A stretch of 44,777 nt of DNA, taken from positions 1-44,777 of the IMG/VR virus record IMGVR_UViG_3300010269_000156; one strand, 5' to 3'. Under the pieces are notes generated by a model. The model was given only the letters and a program-made list of their open reading frames with translations. It searched no databases and had not been told where the DNA came from. The position numbers and the translations under genes were made by a program. This document shows positions 8,046-18,544 of the stretch, piece after piece (the stretch's first letter is position 1; each line of letters opens with the position of its first letter). The stretch comes from a virus (Duplodnaviria > Caudoviricetes).

Positions 8046-8997
8046 AGTATTTCCCCCTTATTTGGTCCAATGACTCCAGTACAAGCTCCATTCTGCCTGG
8101 TTCTCCAAGTTTATGAACGACATTGGTAACATAAACATAAAAGCCATTAAGCTTAACCTTATCACCAGCTCTGATTTCTGGAATATCAATTCCACTTACT
8201 TGGATACTTCCTTCGCCTTTAGAGAACATTGCCTCTGCTTTAGCTTTAGCTGTGCCAGGATCCTGTATCTTTTCATCCTGAATAACCCTTTGTAGGGTTC
8301 CTAGCTTGTCTGTATCCTTGGAGTATAACCCTATCACTGGTGATTTTTTATCGTCTTCCTGTTTTCCTAAGACCTTGACCTTAGTTACTGCTCCCTCTAA
8401 GGTTCCTGTCTGGTTTATAGTCTCTAATATGTTGCTGATATCATGTACTACCTCATTACTGCCAATTTCGATTAAATCTAGCTTATTTTGCATCCTATAT
8501 TTAAAAAGACTGCCACCTTTCTGGGCAGTCTCTCTAAGATCTTCTAGCATCATGCCATAAATAGTACCTACTCTTGGAGGAGTTTTGGCCAATGGTATTT
8601 TTGTATCTGCAAAATTACCTATAGGTATACCCCAGTCGCTACACATTTGCTTTGCCCTTTGTGTGGCCGTAGTTCCTTCCTTGAATAAATATTCATCCTC
8701 ACTTTTCTCTATATATATGGTCCTTTCTTTACAGATTAAAGAGGCTATTTTGGTGTGTTTCATGGTCGTGTTTTTATGCCATATAACACCTTTAAAGACT
8801 GTGCCTTTTCCTGGATCTTTATTTTTTACTATCTCTATAGGATCCCCTTCCTTAAGAAGTAGGTTTTTGCTCATTTCTTCAGGAACTACCATTTTTATAT
8901 CTGCTGTATAGGCAATAGAGTCTATAGACTCACTTAGATTTATTTCCATCTTAAGATTGTCTAGTTTTATACTATTTCTCAATATTACCGAATACAT
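8032..8997 (-). CDS. Baseplate hub protein (XkdQ/YqbQ-like)
   Basis: Size, synteny, IPEIRAGD motif. Confidence 0.75.
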   Translation of the reverse strand: MYSVILRNSIKLDNLKMEINLSESIDSIAYTADIKMVVPEEMSKNLLLKEGDPIEIVKNKDPGKGTVFKGVIWHKNTTMKHTKIASLICKERTIYIEKSEDEYLFKEGTTATQRAKQMCSDWGIPIGNFADTKIPLAKTPPRVGTIYGMMLEDLRETAQKGGSLFKYRMQNKLDLIEIGSNEVVHDISNILETINQTGTLEGAVTKVKVLGKQEDDKKSPVIGLYSKDTDKLGTLQRVIQDEKIQDPGTAKAKAEAMFSKGEGSIQVSGIDIPEIRAGDKVKLNGFYVYVTNVVHKLGEPGRMELVLESLDQIRGKYYANS

Positions 8998-9005
8998 ATG
9001 ATCAC

Positions 9006-9656
9006 CTATCCTGGAATTATAAATTTTTGTCCTGGATATATTAGGTTCGGATTATTGCCTATAACATTCCTATTGGCCTCATATATCATGTTATATTTGG
9101 CCCCGTTACCGTATACTTGTTTAGCGATTTTGTAGAGGCTGTCTCCAGGTTTAACAACATAGACCTTCTCCTGTTGCTGCTTGGGCCTATTATCCTTTAG
9201 CTTGGGAGCAGGAGACTGTGTCTGTGGTTTTTCTATAGTAATTAAGTTCGTAGTCCCATCACCAGCCACTACTCTGAAATTCAAAGTAATATATTTGTCT
9301 CCTTGGGATTCTCCTGTTTCATCTTCTGTATAATCTGCAATTAGGACCAATTCATTGAAGCCATAGTCGGTTATAATCAACCGAACTATGGCATCTGACT
9401 CTGACCATGAAATTATTTTATTCATTGCTTCTTGTGGTGTTGGGATATCCCTGTATTGGCAATATGGCTCATATTCAGCAGGGAACATGGTAGCTAGGGT
9501 TAATTCCCTTATTCTTTTGGCATTGCTAGGGAAGTCCTTTTCTCCTTTGTATAGGATATCAAAGGTATCATATTTCTTCCCACCATTTACAGATATAGAG
9601 AACGGATTCACTGGAAAGTGAAAAGTCTCATCTTTAGTCTTTATATATACATCCAT
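9006..9656 (-). CDS. LysM-domain tail protein (XkdP-like)
   Basis: FPVNP near the N-terminus; YVVKPGDSLYKIA...NPNLIYPGQ LysM domain. Confidence 0.9.
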   Translation of the reverse strand: MDVYIKTKDETFHFPVNPFSISVNGGKKYDTFDILYKGEKDFPSNAKRIRELTLATMFPAEYEPYCQYRDIPTPQEAMNKIISWSESDAIVRLIITDYGFNELVLIADYTEDETGESQGDKYITLNFRVVAGDGTTNLITIEKPQTQSPAPKLKDNRPKQQQEKVYVVKPGDSLYKIAKQVYGNGAKYNMIYEANRNVIGNNPNLIYPGQKFIIPG

Positions 9657-9670
9657 CCATGCCCCCCCTT

Positions 9671-12600
9671 TTACTTTTTATCTTTTAAAGCTTCAAGTAA
9701 TTTTCTACCGAACTCTTCTTGGGCCTGTTCTACTATTTCGTAGATATCTTCATTGCTGCCATCTCCAGTTCCTGATACATTTACATCTATATCATCAATA
9801 TAGATGTTATAAGTGGTTCCTCCGCCTGCTCCTGCCAAGGCTACTCTTGGTATTGGTTTATTTCCGCCTTCAGGATCATCTGGTTCAAATACTGGGTAGA
9901 ATGGCCTGAAGCTCTTAATCTTTTCATATGCTTGCTGGAGTATTGGAGTCCTGGTAATCTTATTTTCTTTAGCCTCTTCCTTGGTTATGACTTCGTAGGT
10001 AGTTCCTACAACTGCCTCTAGCTTTGGAATTCTATCCTCTATACCTTTGGCTAGTCCTTCTGTAGTAAACTCTCCATACTCAATCATAACCTTTGAAGGA
10101 GAGGCAATTTTTAATTTACTTCTTATTCCTTCAGCTATATTTCCAGCTACATTCTTTGCCGCCTTTATTGGTGCAGTTATCATGGATCCAATACCTTCGG
10201 CTAGGCCAGACATAATGTCCTTTCCTATCTGCAGCATTTCTCCTGGTAACTCTTTTACCTTTTCGATTATTCCGGTTCCAATTTCCTTGGCCTTAGATAC
10301 AACGGCCTCTTTCATTTCCGCTAGACCATCTTTAAGGGAATTAAACATCTCTACTCCCTTTTCATATAATCTTCCTGGCAATGTAGAGAACCACTCGACG
10401 GTATTGTTCCAGGTTTCCTTTATCCATTCAACGGCTCCAGTTATGATGTTGGCCACTCCCTCTTTAAAAGAGTTCCATCCTTCTACTGCTCCGGTCTTGA
10501 TATTCTCCCAGGTAGTAGTTAAGAAGTTTGTTATTGTGGTCCATACTATCTGAATTCCGTTCTTTAAGCTCTCCCACACTAGGGTTAGGTATCCTTTTAT
10601 AACTTCTCCATAGCCTGTAAATACTTGCTTGATACCTTCCCATATTTGACTAAAGCCATCTTTAATATTGCCCCATATCTTAGCAATAACGGTCTTTAGG
10701 CTTTCAAAGTCTAGGGTAACTATGTCTATTAGTACAAGCATAGCTCCCATGAAGATATTTTTGATTACCTTCCAGTAGCCACTAAATATATTTTTTATTC
10801 CTTCAAATATATTTAATATGCCGTCTTTCATTCTTTGGAAAGACTCTATAGTGTGACTTGGAAGATTTGATATTACATTGGATATTATGTTTTTAGCTTT
10901 CTCAATGGAGTTTGATATTGTGGACTTTATATCCTCCCACTTATTAGCTGTACCTGTTTTGATATTCTCCCAGGTATTAATAACTCCATTTTTAATATTG
11001 GATCCTGTAGTGGATATAGTTTCTTTTAAGCTGTTCCATTTGTCGGATACTGTAGATTTTACATTCTCCCACGCATTGGAGGTAGCCTCTTTTATTCCAT
11101 TCCACTTCTCACTGATCCAACTACCTAATTGGGCCGCCTTTTCCTTTATCTTGTCCCAGTTTTTCCATAGTAGAATACCTATAGTAACTAGAGCACCTAT
11201 GGCCAACGCTACCCAGCCTACTGGTCCCATTAGAAAGGCCATTCCCTCTGCTAGGGTTGCTGCTCCTCCAGCTACTGCCTGGAAAGCAAATACAACATTT
11301 TTCACAACTCCTGCAACTGTTGTAAATACTCCAATTAAAGTACCTATAACACTTGCTACTTTTAAGGTTATAAGAGCTGCAGCTATTCCAGCCAATAATG
11401 GAGCTATAGCTTTTACTACATCGATGAATTTCATTACTGCAGGATGTGCCCTGGTTGCGAATTCTTGTATTTTTTCCACCAGTTCAACTATTCTATCAGT
11501 AATTGTAGGAATTTTTGGTGTTAACCACTCAACGAATTCCTTTGCATAAGGTGCTAGTCTCTCGCCTAGCTCTATTTTCATTCCCTCTACTGCCGACTTT
11601 AAGATAGTTATTTGTCCGGCCAGATTATCTAACCTGGTTTCCGACATTCTCTTAGCTGCTCCATCGGATTCATATAGGGATTGAGTCAACTCTTTTAGTG
11701 CGTCTGGTCCTTGTTCTACTAATGCTAGCATACCACTCATGGCCTCTTGGCCAAAGATTGTAGCCATAGCATTAGCTCTTTGCTCCGATGTCAGTGCTGC
11801 TGTACTGGTCTGTAGGTTTCTAATCACTTGATCCAGAGGCAACATATTACCATGTGCATCGAATGCCTCAAATCCTAATGCACTCATTAATTTAGCTGCC
11901 TCTGATGATGGCTTGGCTAACCTAGTTAATGCAGCTCTTAATGTGGTACCTGCTTGAGATCCTTTAATATTAGCATTAGATAACATACCTATAGCAGCTG
12001 CAGTTTGTTCTAGATCTACTCCTAGTGCATTTGCTGCAGGTCCGACATATTTCATGGCCTCGCCCAGCCCAGCTATATTCGAGTTGGTTGCTGTAGCTGA
12101 TAGTGCAAGTACATCGGCAACATGAGTAGCTTCTTCAGCCGCTAACCCAAAGGCCCGCAGAGTACCTGCTGCTATATCAGTTGCATCTGCCAGGTCCATG
12201 CCTTCCGCACTGGCCATGTCTAGTAGTCCTGGAAGTGCTGCTATAGTTTCCTGGACTGTAAAACCTGCTTGTGCTAGTAAGGTTTGAGCCTCTGTTACCT
12301 GGACTGCAGACCAGGCTGTTTCAGCTCCTAACCTTTTAGCCTCATCTCGCAGTATGGCCAACTCCTCGGCCGTGGCCTGGCTCACTGCCTGGACATTGGA
12401 TAGGCCCTGTTCAAAGTCCATAAAAGTGGACATAGTATCTTTAATTCCAAGCCCACCTACGATTAATGATCCAGCTGCAGCTACTGCTGTAAATTTCTTA
12501 ATAGCAGTTTTAGCAAAGGATCCTATTCTGCCTTCGATTTTCTTTAGAGGAGAGGTAATTTTGTCCTGGAGTTTAGCAGCTGGACTTGCTTCCATCCTAT

Positions 12601-12727
12601 CTAGCCACTTCATCCTCTTTTCTGTCTTCTCCACATACTTGTCCATGGCAGACAGTCTCTTCTTGGTTTTGTCGTCACCAGTGACCCCTACATTGACTTC
12701 CAGACGATAGATTTCTTTTTCAGCCAA
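9671..12727 (-). CDS. Tail tape measure protein (TP901-type core)
   Basis: 1018 aa, Ala-rich core (GSQAGTTLR), central TM stretch, ~11-residue Trp periodicity, IASPSKV motif. Confidence 0.93.
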   Translation of the reverse strand: MAEKEIYRLEVNVGVTGDDKTKKRLSAMDKYVEKTEKRMKWLDRMEASPAAKLQDKITSPLKKIEGRIGSFAKTAIKKFTAVAAAGSLIVGGLGIKDTMSTFMDFEQGLSNVQAVSQATAEELAILRDEAKRLGAETAWSAVQVTEAQTLLAQAGFTVQETIAALPGLLDMASAEGMDLADATDIAAGTLRAFGLAAEEATHVADVLALSATATNSNIAGLGEAMKYVGPAANALGVDLEQTAAAIGMLSNANIKGSQAGTTLRAALTRLAKPSSEAAKLMSALGFEAFDAHGNMLPLDQVIRNLQTSTAALTSEQRANAMATIFGQEAMSGMLALVEQGPDALKELTQSLYESDGAAKRMSETRLDNLAGQITILKSAVEGMKIELGERLAPYAKEFVEWLTPKIPTITDRIVELVEKIQEFATRAHPAVMKFIDVVKAIAPLLAGIAAALITLKVASVIGTLIGVFTTVAGVVKNVVFAFQAVAGGAATLAEGMAFLMGPVGWVALAIGALVTIGILLWKNWDKIKEKAAQLGSWISEKWNGIKEATSNAWENVKSTVSDKWNSLKETISTTGSNIKNGVINTWENIKTGTANKWEDIKSTISNSIEKAKNIISNVISNLPSHTIESFQRMKDGILNIFEGIKNIFSGYWKVIKNIFMGAMLVLIDIVTLDFESLKTVIAKIWGNIKDGFSQIWEGIKQVFTGYGEVIKGYLTLVWESLKNGIQIVWTTITNFLTTTWENIKTGAVEGWNSFKEGVANIITGAVEWIKETWNNTVEWFSTLPGRLYEKGVEMFNSLKDGLAEMKEAVVSKAKEIGTGIIEKVKELPGEMLQIGKDIMSGLAEGIGSMITAPIKAAKNVAGNIAEGIRSKLKIASPSKVMIEYGEFTTEGLAKGIEDRIPKLEAVVGTTYEVITKEEAKENKITRTPILQQAYEKIKSFRPFYPVFEPDDPEGGNKPIPRVALAGAGGGTTYNIYIDDIDVNVSGTGDGSNEDIYEIVEQAQEEFGRKLLEALKDKK

Positions 12728-12928
12728 TTACCTCCCTCCCCTCTTTGGTTTGTTTTGGACAGCCTTTTTCCTGGCCTTTTCTTCCTGCTCTATTTCATAT
12801 TGGGAAAAGGCAAAGAGGAGCCTTCTTCCCATATCACTTCTAGACATAACAAAGTCGGGATCCATATCATGTTTAGCAAACAGGTTATATAAGTTTGTAA
12901 TGATAGGAGCCCGACCTATTAGTTTTTT
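12728..12928 (-). CDS. Tail assembly chaperone -1 frameshift extension (gpGT-like)
   Basis: Slippery A AAA AAC at 12922-12928; the -1 frame stays open to TAA at 12728, directly abutting the tape measure start. Confidence 0.75.
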   Translation of the reverse strand, partial: KKLIGRAPIITNLYNLFAKHDMDPDFVMSRSDMGRRLLFAFSQYEIEQEEKARKKAVQNKPKRGGR

Positions 12929-13374
12929 ATGTTGTCTATTTCTTCTAGTTCATCATCAAACCCAGATAGCTCCATTACTTTGTCTGCAAGGGCCATCATT
13001 TCGCCTGCTAGTAGTTTTCTCTTTATAACCTCTCTTCCTGAAGATAGTTTTAAATTTGAAAGCAGTCTCTTATCACTCCAGTTTGGTGATACTGTAGCAG
13101 CTTCGATTAAGGCAGCATTGAATTCTTCCTCGTTTAGTTCCTTAATCCTTTGGCCTCTATGCTTTCTTTCGATGGTGCATTCTCTTCTAATTCTCTGGAT
13201 CTCTCTTTCTGATAGTCCTTTTAGTGTTATTGGAATGCCTATTCTGTCAATCATGTAGGTCCTTTCAGGAACTTCAGTAGGCTCTAATAGCTTGTTAATA
13301 ATTTCATCTTCGGTCATTTCTAATATTTCTTCTTCGGTCATTTCTATTTCAAGGTTCTTGTTTTCCTTAGTCAC
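12919..13374 (-). CDS. Tail assembly chaperone (XkdN-like)
   Basis: Between tube and tape measure; LLAGE...LSGF motif. Confidence 0.82.
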   Translation of the reverse strand: MTKENKNLEIEMTEEEILEMTEDEIINKLLEPTEVPERTYMIDRIGIPITLKGLSEREIQRIRRECTIERKHRGQRIKELNEEEFNAALIEAATVSPNWSDKRLLSNLKLSSGREVIKRKLLAGEMMALADKVMELSGFDDELEEIDNIKN

Positions 13375-13394
13375 CTTACATCTCTCCTTTCTTT

Positions 13395-13811
13395 TTATTC
13401 ACCAACAACAGCATCTAATAATTCATAGCCTTCAAATGTGAAAGGTGTTTCCTCTTCAATAACTTCTCCTGCAGTTACATTAGCCAGCTGGATGCTATCA
13501 GCCATACAATTCATAAGCCTTACTCTTTCATGGCCATATGCCTCTGGATCCTCTAGTGTTACAATTAGCTCAAATCTTTCAAAGCCCTGTTCTATCATTT
13601 TAGAGGTTACCTTGTATCCAGAGAAGGTTCCCGATCCACTCTTTTGACCCTTTTTATATCTGGTCCAGTCACTGCCCATTACATTTAGTTCGCCTTTTTC
13701 CATTTCTACAGTGGCCTCTACATGGCTTACATTGGTTTGCCATTCTCCATCTAAAAGAAGCCTAGAAAAAGAGCCGTGAAAGGCTCTATCTGGATTAAAG
13801 TTACCAAGCAT
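13395..13811 (-). CDS. Tail tube protein (XkdM-like)
   Basis: GSGTF, LEDPEAYG, EEETPFTF motifs. Confidence 0.88.
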   Translation of the reverse strand: MLGNFNPDRAFHGSFSRLLLDGEWQTNVSHVEATVEMEKGELNVMGSDWTRYKKGQKSGSGTFSGYKVTSKMIEQGFERFELIVTLEDPEAYGHERVRLMNCMADSIQLANVTAGEVIEEETPFTFEGYELLDAVVGE

Positions 13812-13828
13812 TATTCGCTACCCCCTTC

Positions 13829-15262
13829 TTATTTAATATAACCTGTACCAAATATCTTCTTCATGACATTGATGTATTTAGCTTCCCATCTCCAGTAGAA
13901 TTCATCGTTTGCAGCATTCTTCTGAAGATCTTCGTCTATTTCTACCACAAAATCCTCGATTAATTGGCCAGTTTGTAGTATTTCAAAGTACTGCTTCAAT
14001 GCAGACAATACTGCCAATTGGCCAGTCCTTCCATTTAGGACCTTTCCTACATATTGCCTGTTACCTGTGATAGAAGTGTCCTCGTCTACCATGTCCATGA
14101 ACCTAATAGCTCTTAAATAGCCCCAGGTTTCGTTTTGGTCCTGGCCATATCTCTTAAGTGTATTTACATCGTCCTCTATAACAACAGCACCATCGTCATA
14201 TCTTAAGATTAAGGTACCTGCTAATATTGTTTCTTCAATTTCTTCATGTGTTAGGTGCTTAGTTACATCCTGGAATATAGTTGTTTGGTTACATAGACAT
14301 TCTTTCATGTCTTGACCTTCAGCTAACCCCATGATGTAGCAAGCAGTTTCAGCTGGTGTGTAGGCGATTCCATCTAGAATTCCACCATTGCCCACATTTA
14401 CAATTCCCTCATAGTTTATATTCTTGGATCTATTGTTGGCCTCTTCTATTGTTTCGTCTGCTGGTCCTCCCAAGTATACTCTTACTTTTTTACCTGCCTT
14501 TCTTACCCTCTCTAACCAACCTTTTAATGATGTATGGATAGCAGGGTCCGTTACTCCATCTAATGCTAGTCCGTTAATTTGTCTAGCTTCAAAGGCAGCT
14601 AAGGCATCTATATAGTCGCTAACTGTGATATCTGCAGTACCATCATTTCCTCCAGTCATAGCCTCAGAAATCATGCTATTTAATATAACTGGATTATTAT
14701 TTTCTGGGATTAAATTTTCAGCTACTAGCCATTTGTTTACCTGGTCGTTGTTAATAGCTTCAACAATTTCTGCAGCTGTACCAGATAATTTACTGAATTC
14801 ATATACTGGCCTAGCACCTTTGTACAGCCTTATATCGAACAGATTTTCGTCTACTACATTAGGGCTTACAGATATCCTGAAATCTCTGGTAGTAGGATAT
14901 TTTGTGGTTAATTTTATTACATCTATACTTTCGCTCTCTGCCTGTCCTTTAATAGTTAAAGAGGCAGGTTTTTCTGTTCCGTCTACTAGTCTGTAAAGTA
15001 GCAACTCTTTAGGTTGTCCTAGTAATACCAATCTTCCCAGCTTATATGCTGTATAGTTCATGTCGTCCCCAAAGTTGTCTATTAGGTCTCTTTCAGATGT
15101 GATTCTAACAATTTCCTTAGGTGGTCCCCAGTTGGCTTTTACAGGCATTGCTACAATTCCCCGTTTACCCATTTGAATTCGTGCTAGAGCTGCAGCTTTG
15201 AACCTGTTATAAAACCCTGGCCTTATTGGTTTATCGGTTTCTGACCAAAATCCACTTGCCAT
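13829..15262 (-). CDS. Tail sheath protein (XkdK-like)
   Basis: RPGFY, NWGP, IEDDVNTL motifs; 477 aa. Confidence 0.9.
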   Translation of the reverse strand: MASGFWSETDKPIRPGFYNRFKAAALARIQMGKRGIVAMPVKANWGPPKEIVRITSERDLIDNFGDDMNYTAYKLGRLVLLGQPKELLLYRLVDGTEKPASLTIKGQAESESIDVIKLTTKYPTTRDFRISVSPNVVDENLFDIRLYKGARPVYEFSKLSGTAAEIVEAINNDQVNKWLVAENLIPENNNPVILNSMISEAMTGGNDGTADITVSDYIDALAAFEARQINGLALDGVTDPAIHTSLKGWLERVRKAGKKVRVYLGGPADETIEEANNRSKNINYEGIVNVGNGGILDGIAYTPAETACYIMGLAEGQDMKECLCNQTTIFQDVTKHLTHEEIEETILAGTLILRYDDGAVVIEDDVNTLKRYGQDQNETWGYLRAIRFMDMVDEDTSITGNRQYVGKVLNGRTGQLAVLSALKQYFEILQTGQLIEDFVVEIDEDLQKNAANDEFYWRWEAKYINVMKKIFGTGYIK

Positions 15263-15486
15263 TATTTAACCTCCTTTTTCTCTATGATTTTTTTAAGAAA
15301 CTCGTCTACTCGTTCCTTAAACTCTGTCTTTGTCATTTTATCTTTATTGCAGCCATATAAAGCTCCAGCTGCCACTTCTCTTTTGTGTCCTATTATCGCT
15401 TCACAATGGAGCATAAGCTCCTCTATAGTAAATTCATGCTCTTTAGGCTTGTCAGCAGCTTTCTTCGTATTTTTATCTTTGCTCAT
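15262..15486 (-). CDS. Small tail-region protein (YqzN/YkzM-like position)
   Basis: 74-aa ORF coupled to the sheath gene. Confidence 0.6.
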   Translation of the reverse strand: MSKDKNTKKAADKPKEHEFTIEELMLHCEAIIGHKREVAAGALYGCNKDKMTKTEFKERVDEFLKKIIEKKEVK

Positions 15487-15500
15487 ATCGCCAACCTCCT

Positions 15501-16322
15501 TTATTCGATTACTTGGCCTCTGCTATAGATCTTCTCTATATAAGTTGTATCCCTTTGGATACTGTTAATCCTTGTCATGGTTACTGTTACCTGGCCAGTT
15601 CCTAGCATGTCACTATCCCTGTTTTCTCTAATAGATTGGATTGTAAGATATCTTCTATCTTCCAGGTCCAGTGGTATTTTTATTGCCTTCATCAGCTCGT
15701 ACTCAATCTTGTCTATTATCTGGTTTATCTCTTCCTTTTCCTTGCTAACTATATGGATCCTGATGTCTCGATTCTCCCTATAGGCCATATAGTTAATTGG
15801 CTCTGTACTTTTACTTATTGTCCTGCATAAAACAGAAGGAACCTGGAAGTCTTCCTTCCAAGTTCCCTGATACGTTTTTACATTTGTAACTTCTTTTATA
15901 AAATCAGCTGTAGCCTTCTCCCAGGTGTCATTCTCTGCTCTTGTCTCATGTAATGCTATAATCGTGAATTCTAATCCTCTTACTATAGCACCCCATTCCT
16001 CGTCAACTAAATCTTGACCAATGGTGCCATTAAAGCTGGCTGTATAAGATAGGCCTGTGTCTGGATCCGTGAATGTTTTTAGGTCCAGGGCTTCTATGAC
16101 ATCCAAGGTTATATTATCTAATGTCTTAAATGTATCTATGTCATTGTATAACCATACCTCTACAGTTCTTTGAAAGCTTGTTGGATCCTGTCTTGAACTA
16201 TCATTTCCTTGGACCACCACTGCATATGGCTTTGGTGTCTCATACCTAGGCACATTTGGCTCATAACAGTCCTTAAGAATAGATACATTATCCAGGATCT
16301 GCTTTCGTATTCCTGCTCTCAT
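15501..16322 (-). CDS. Putative tail terminator/completion protein
   Basis: Synteny; PYAVV motif. Confidence 0.55.
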   Translation of the reverse strand: MRAGIRKQILDNVSILKDCYEPNVPRYETPKPYAVVVQGNDSSRQDPTSFQRTVEVWLYNDIDTFKTLDNITLDVIEALDLKTFTDPDTGLSYTASFNGTIGQDLVDEEWGAIVRGLEFTIIALHETRAENDTWEKATADFIKEVTNVKTYQGTWKEDFQVPSVLCRTISKSTEPINYMAYRENRDIRIHIVSKEKEEINQIIDKIEYELMKAIKIPLDLEDRRYLTIQSIRENRDSDMLGTGQVTVTMTRINSIQRDTTYIEKIYSRGQVIE

Positions 16323-16332
16323 TTATCCACCT

Positions 16333-16752
16333 CTATTCATTGGCCCAATGTTTTTCAATTGCCTTTATTAACTCGTCTTTGTTTTCCCTTAATGTTTCCT
16401 CTAGTATTGGATAGGCCTTAGTTCCTGGATGGTTAACACTTTTTACTGGATGTTTGGCTCCTTTCCAGTAGAGGGCCTTCTTCCTTTTAGGTTTTATGAT
16501 ATGTGGCTTGGTGCCTTCTTCCAGGTACCTTCCATACTTCATCCCATGGGCCAGATATGCAGTAAAAGATTTTGTCATTGGGTGAGACTCTACTCCATGG
16601 TGAATGTTTTGCCTGGCATGGGAAGTCCTGTCTTTCCATTCAGCATTCCTTTTGGCCTTAGCCTCCATATCTGCCATACAATTTTTTATTACATGATACA
16701 TACCAGCTACTTTCCTGTTCAAATAGTCTATAGACTTATCACTAAATGCCAA
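16333..16752 (-). CDS. HK97 gp10-like neck/tail-completion protein
   Basis: WKDRTSHAR, YGRYLEEGT, HPGTKAYP motifs. Confidence 0.8.
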   Translation of the reverse strand: MAFSDKSIDYLNRKVAGMYHVIKNCMADMEAKAKRNAEWKDRTSHARQNIHHGVESHPMTKSFTAYLAHGMKYGRYLEEGTKPHIIKPKRKKALYWKGAKHPVKSVNHPGTKAYPILEETLRENKDELIKAIEKHWANE

Positions 16753-17130
16753 TTAACTCACCCTCTTTAATTCACATTGGTAGCCACATATCTCTCCTTT
16801 TACTATTTGAGGATATATCGCTATGACTTCCATTCTCCCATATATGGAGTCAAATATGATCTTATTATCAGATACATCCTTAAGATCTGCAGTATAATCT
16901 GCTAGCATTCCATATTTTTTGGTGGTATCTGCAGTCCCTTTTATGTCGCTTATTGTTATTACTTCTGGGCTTTTCTGATGGAATATCCTTACTGTTAGGG
17001 TTTTAGTGTCTTTAACAGGCCTCCAGGCTCCATCCACTATCTTCCTGGTGGTTACATTTATTGTTATCTCTATTGGATTCTCATTGATGGTGTTTATGAT
17101 GTCTTGTTTTCTCTCTTCTGCAGATATCAT
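16753..17130 (-). CDS. Putative head-closure protein
   Basis: Synteny and size. Confidence 0.55.
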   Translation of the reverse strand: MISAEERKQDIINTINENPIEITINVTTRKIVDGAWRPVKDTKTLTVRIFHQKSPEVITISDIKGTADTTKKYGMLADYTADLKDVSDNKIIFDSIYGRMEVIAIYPQIVKGEICGYQCELKRVS

Positions 17131-17450
17131 TATAGACCCACCTTTGTAGTGGTTCTTAATATAAAGCTGCCATTTTTACCCTTACAGGTGCATTTCTCTT
17201 TGAAGTACTGTGCATTATTTAAAGCTGCTCTTATTTGATCATTAAGGCCTGCCTTCTCATAGGTCTCAATGCCTACAGTGTACTTTTTGGTCCCTGTAAT
17301 GTCTATCCTGGTAGCAAATAAGGTCCATCCTTCAGCTGCAGCACAATAGACACAGCCTGTCTCTGATAGTAGTTGTTCAAGCTCCTCATCAGTGAATACT
17401 TTCCCTTCTTTGTCGTTCAGATAGAGCCTTAGCTTTGCTATATTGTCCAT
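17130..17450 (-). CDS. Putative head-tail adaptor
   Basis: LRLYLND...FTDEELEQLL motif; first gene after the capsid gene. Confidence 0.65.
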   Translation of the reverse strand: MDNIAKLRLYLNDKEGKVFTDEELEQLLSETGCVYCAAAEGWTLFATRIDITGTKKYTVGIETYEKAGLNDQIRAALNNAQYFKEKCTCKGKNGSFILRTTTKVGL

Positions 17451-17462
17451 GAAATCCCTCCT

Positions 17463-17499
17463 AAATAAAAGAGATAATGTCTTTAACAGACATTATCTC
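17463..17499 (-). terminator. Intrinsic terminator after the major capsid gene
   Basis: 12-bp perfect stem GAGATAATGTCT/AGACATTATCTC followed by TTTTATTT on the minus strand. Confidence 0.8.
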
Positions 17500-18530
17500 A
17501 ATGCAATTTCCTGGACATTTTCTTCTACAGCTGCAAATACTCCTCTGTAGCAGTATGCTACTATTTGGTCCTCTACCAATCTGGATACATCTTTGTTACC
17601 TTTTTCTACAGTGTAGTCTCTCTTAATTAGTTCCTTAAATCCTCGTTTAGGTCTAATTAGATAAGCCTTTCCAGGTGCTACTCCATCATAGGAATATGTC
17701 TTCTTGCCTACTGTTACTTCCCATCCATCGTAGTAGATTACTGTGTTGATTCCTGGTATTGCTGGATAGATACTTCCATTTATTTGGTGACCTCCTCTTA
17801 ATGCCATTTCAATGTCTATAGCATCTGCAGAGTTTGCCAGTAGAACTGTTCCTGGTCTCTTTGCAGCTCTGGAGTCCTTAACTGCTTGAGCTATTGTTTT
17901 GTACATTCCTAGCCATGCTGGATCTTCTGCTGCACCTTTGTAGGCTGTTTTATTTGCAGCCTTGTAGTTGTATCCAATGATTGGATATAGGTGTATGTGG
18001 TTTAGTAATGCATTGTAGGCTTCTCCCATGGACTTATTCAGCATTTCGATGTTGAAGGTCTCATTGAAGTCTATCATCTTCTTGGTGTACTCAAATCCAG
18101 CTGCATAAGTCTTAATTCTAGCTGTAGGTCCTTCTTCTGCAGCTATGCTACCGAATTTTACTTCGCTGTCTTCGATATGCTCTATGAATATACAGTTTCC
18201 GTGTAATGCCCATTTTGCATCCAATACTTCTGGGAAGTTTGGATCTGTTATTGTATCAAAAATTGGCTTGTACACTAATTGTACCTGTTCTTTTCCTAGC
18301 TCTACATCAAGTACTACTTTTCTTAATAGATCCTTTAGGTCTGATACGGATCCAAAGTTAATCATTTCGCCTAATGGCTTTCTGAAGTCCAATAATTCCA
18401 TTTCGCCATTTACTATTCTTTTGGTTACATAGTCAACCTCTCCAGCTATGACGAATGGAATTTTTTCCTCTATGGTCTGTTTTCTTCGTTGATCTAATAA
18501 TGTTTCTTGACTATAAACTTTTATAGACAT
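17493..18530 (-). CDS. Major capsid protein
   Basis: 345 aa, after the protease/scaffold and decoration genes, followed by a terminator. Confidence 0.8.
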   Translation of the reverse strand: MSIKVYSQETLLDQRRKQTIEEKIPFVIAGEVDYVTKRIVNGEMELLDFRKPLGEMINFGSVSDLKDLLRKVVLDVELGKEQVQLVYKPIFDTITDPNFPEVLDAKWALHGNCIFIEHIEDSEVKFGSIAAEEGPTARIKTYAAGFEYTKKMIDFNETFNIEMLNKSMGEAYNALLNHIHLYPIIGYNYKAANKTAYKGAAEDPAWLGMYKTIAQAVKDSRAAKRPGTVLLANSADAIDIEMALRGGHQINGSIYPAIPGINTVIYYDGWEVTVGKKTYSYDGVAPGKAYLIRPKRGFKELIKRDYTVEKGNKDVSRLVEDQIVAYCYRGVFAAVEENVQEIALR

Positions 18531-18544
18531 TTATTTCCCTCCTA

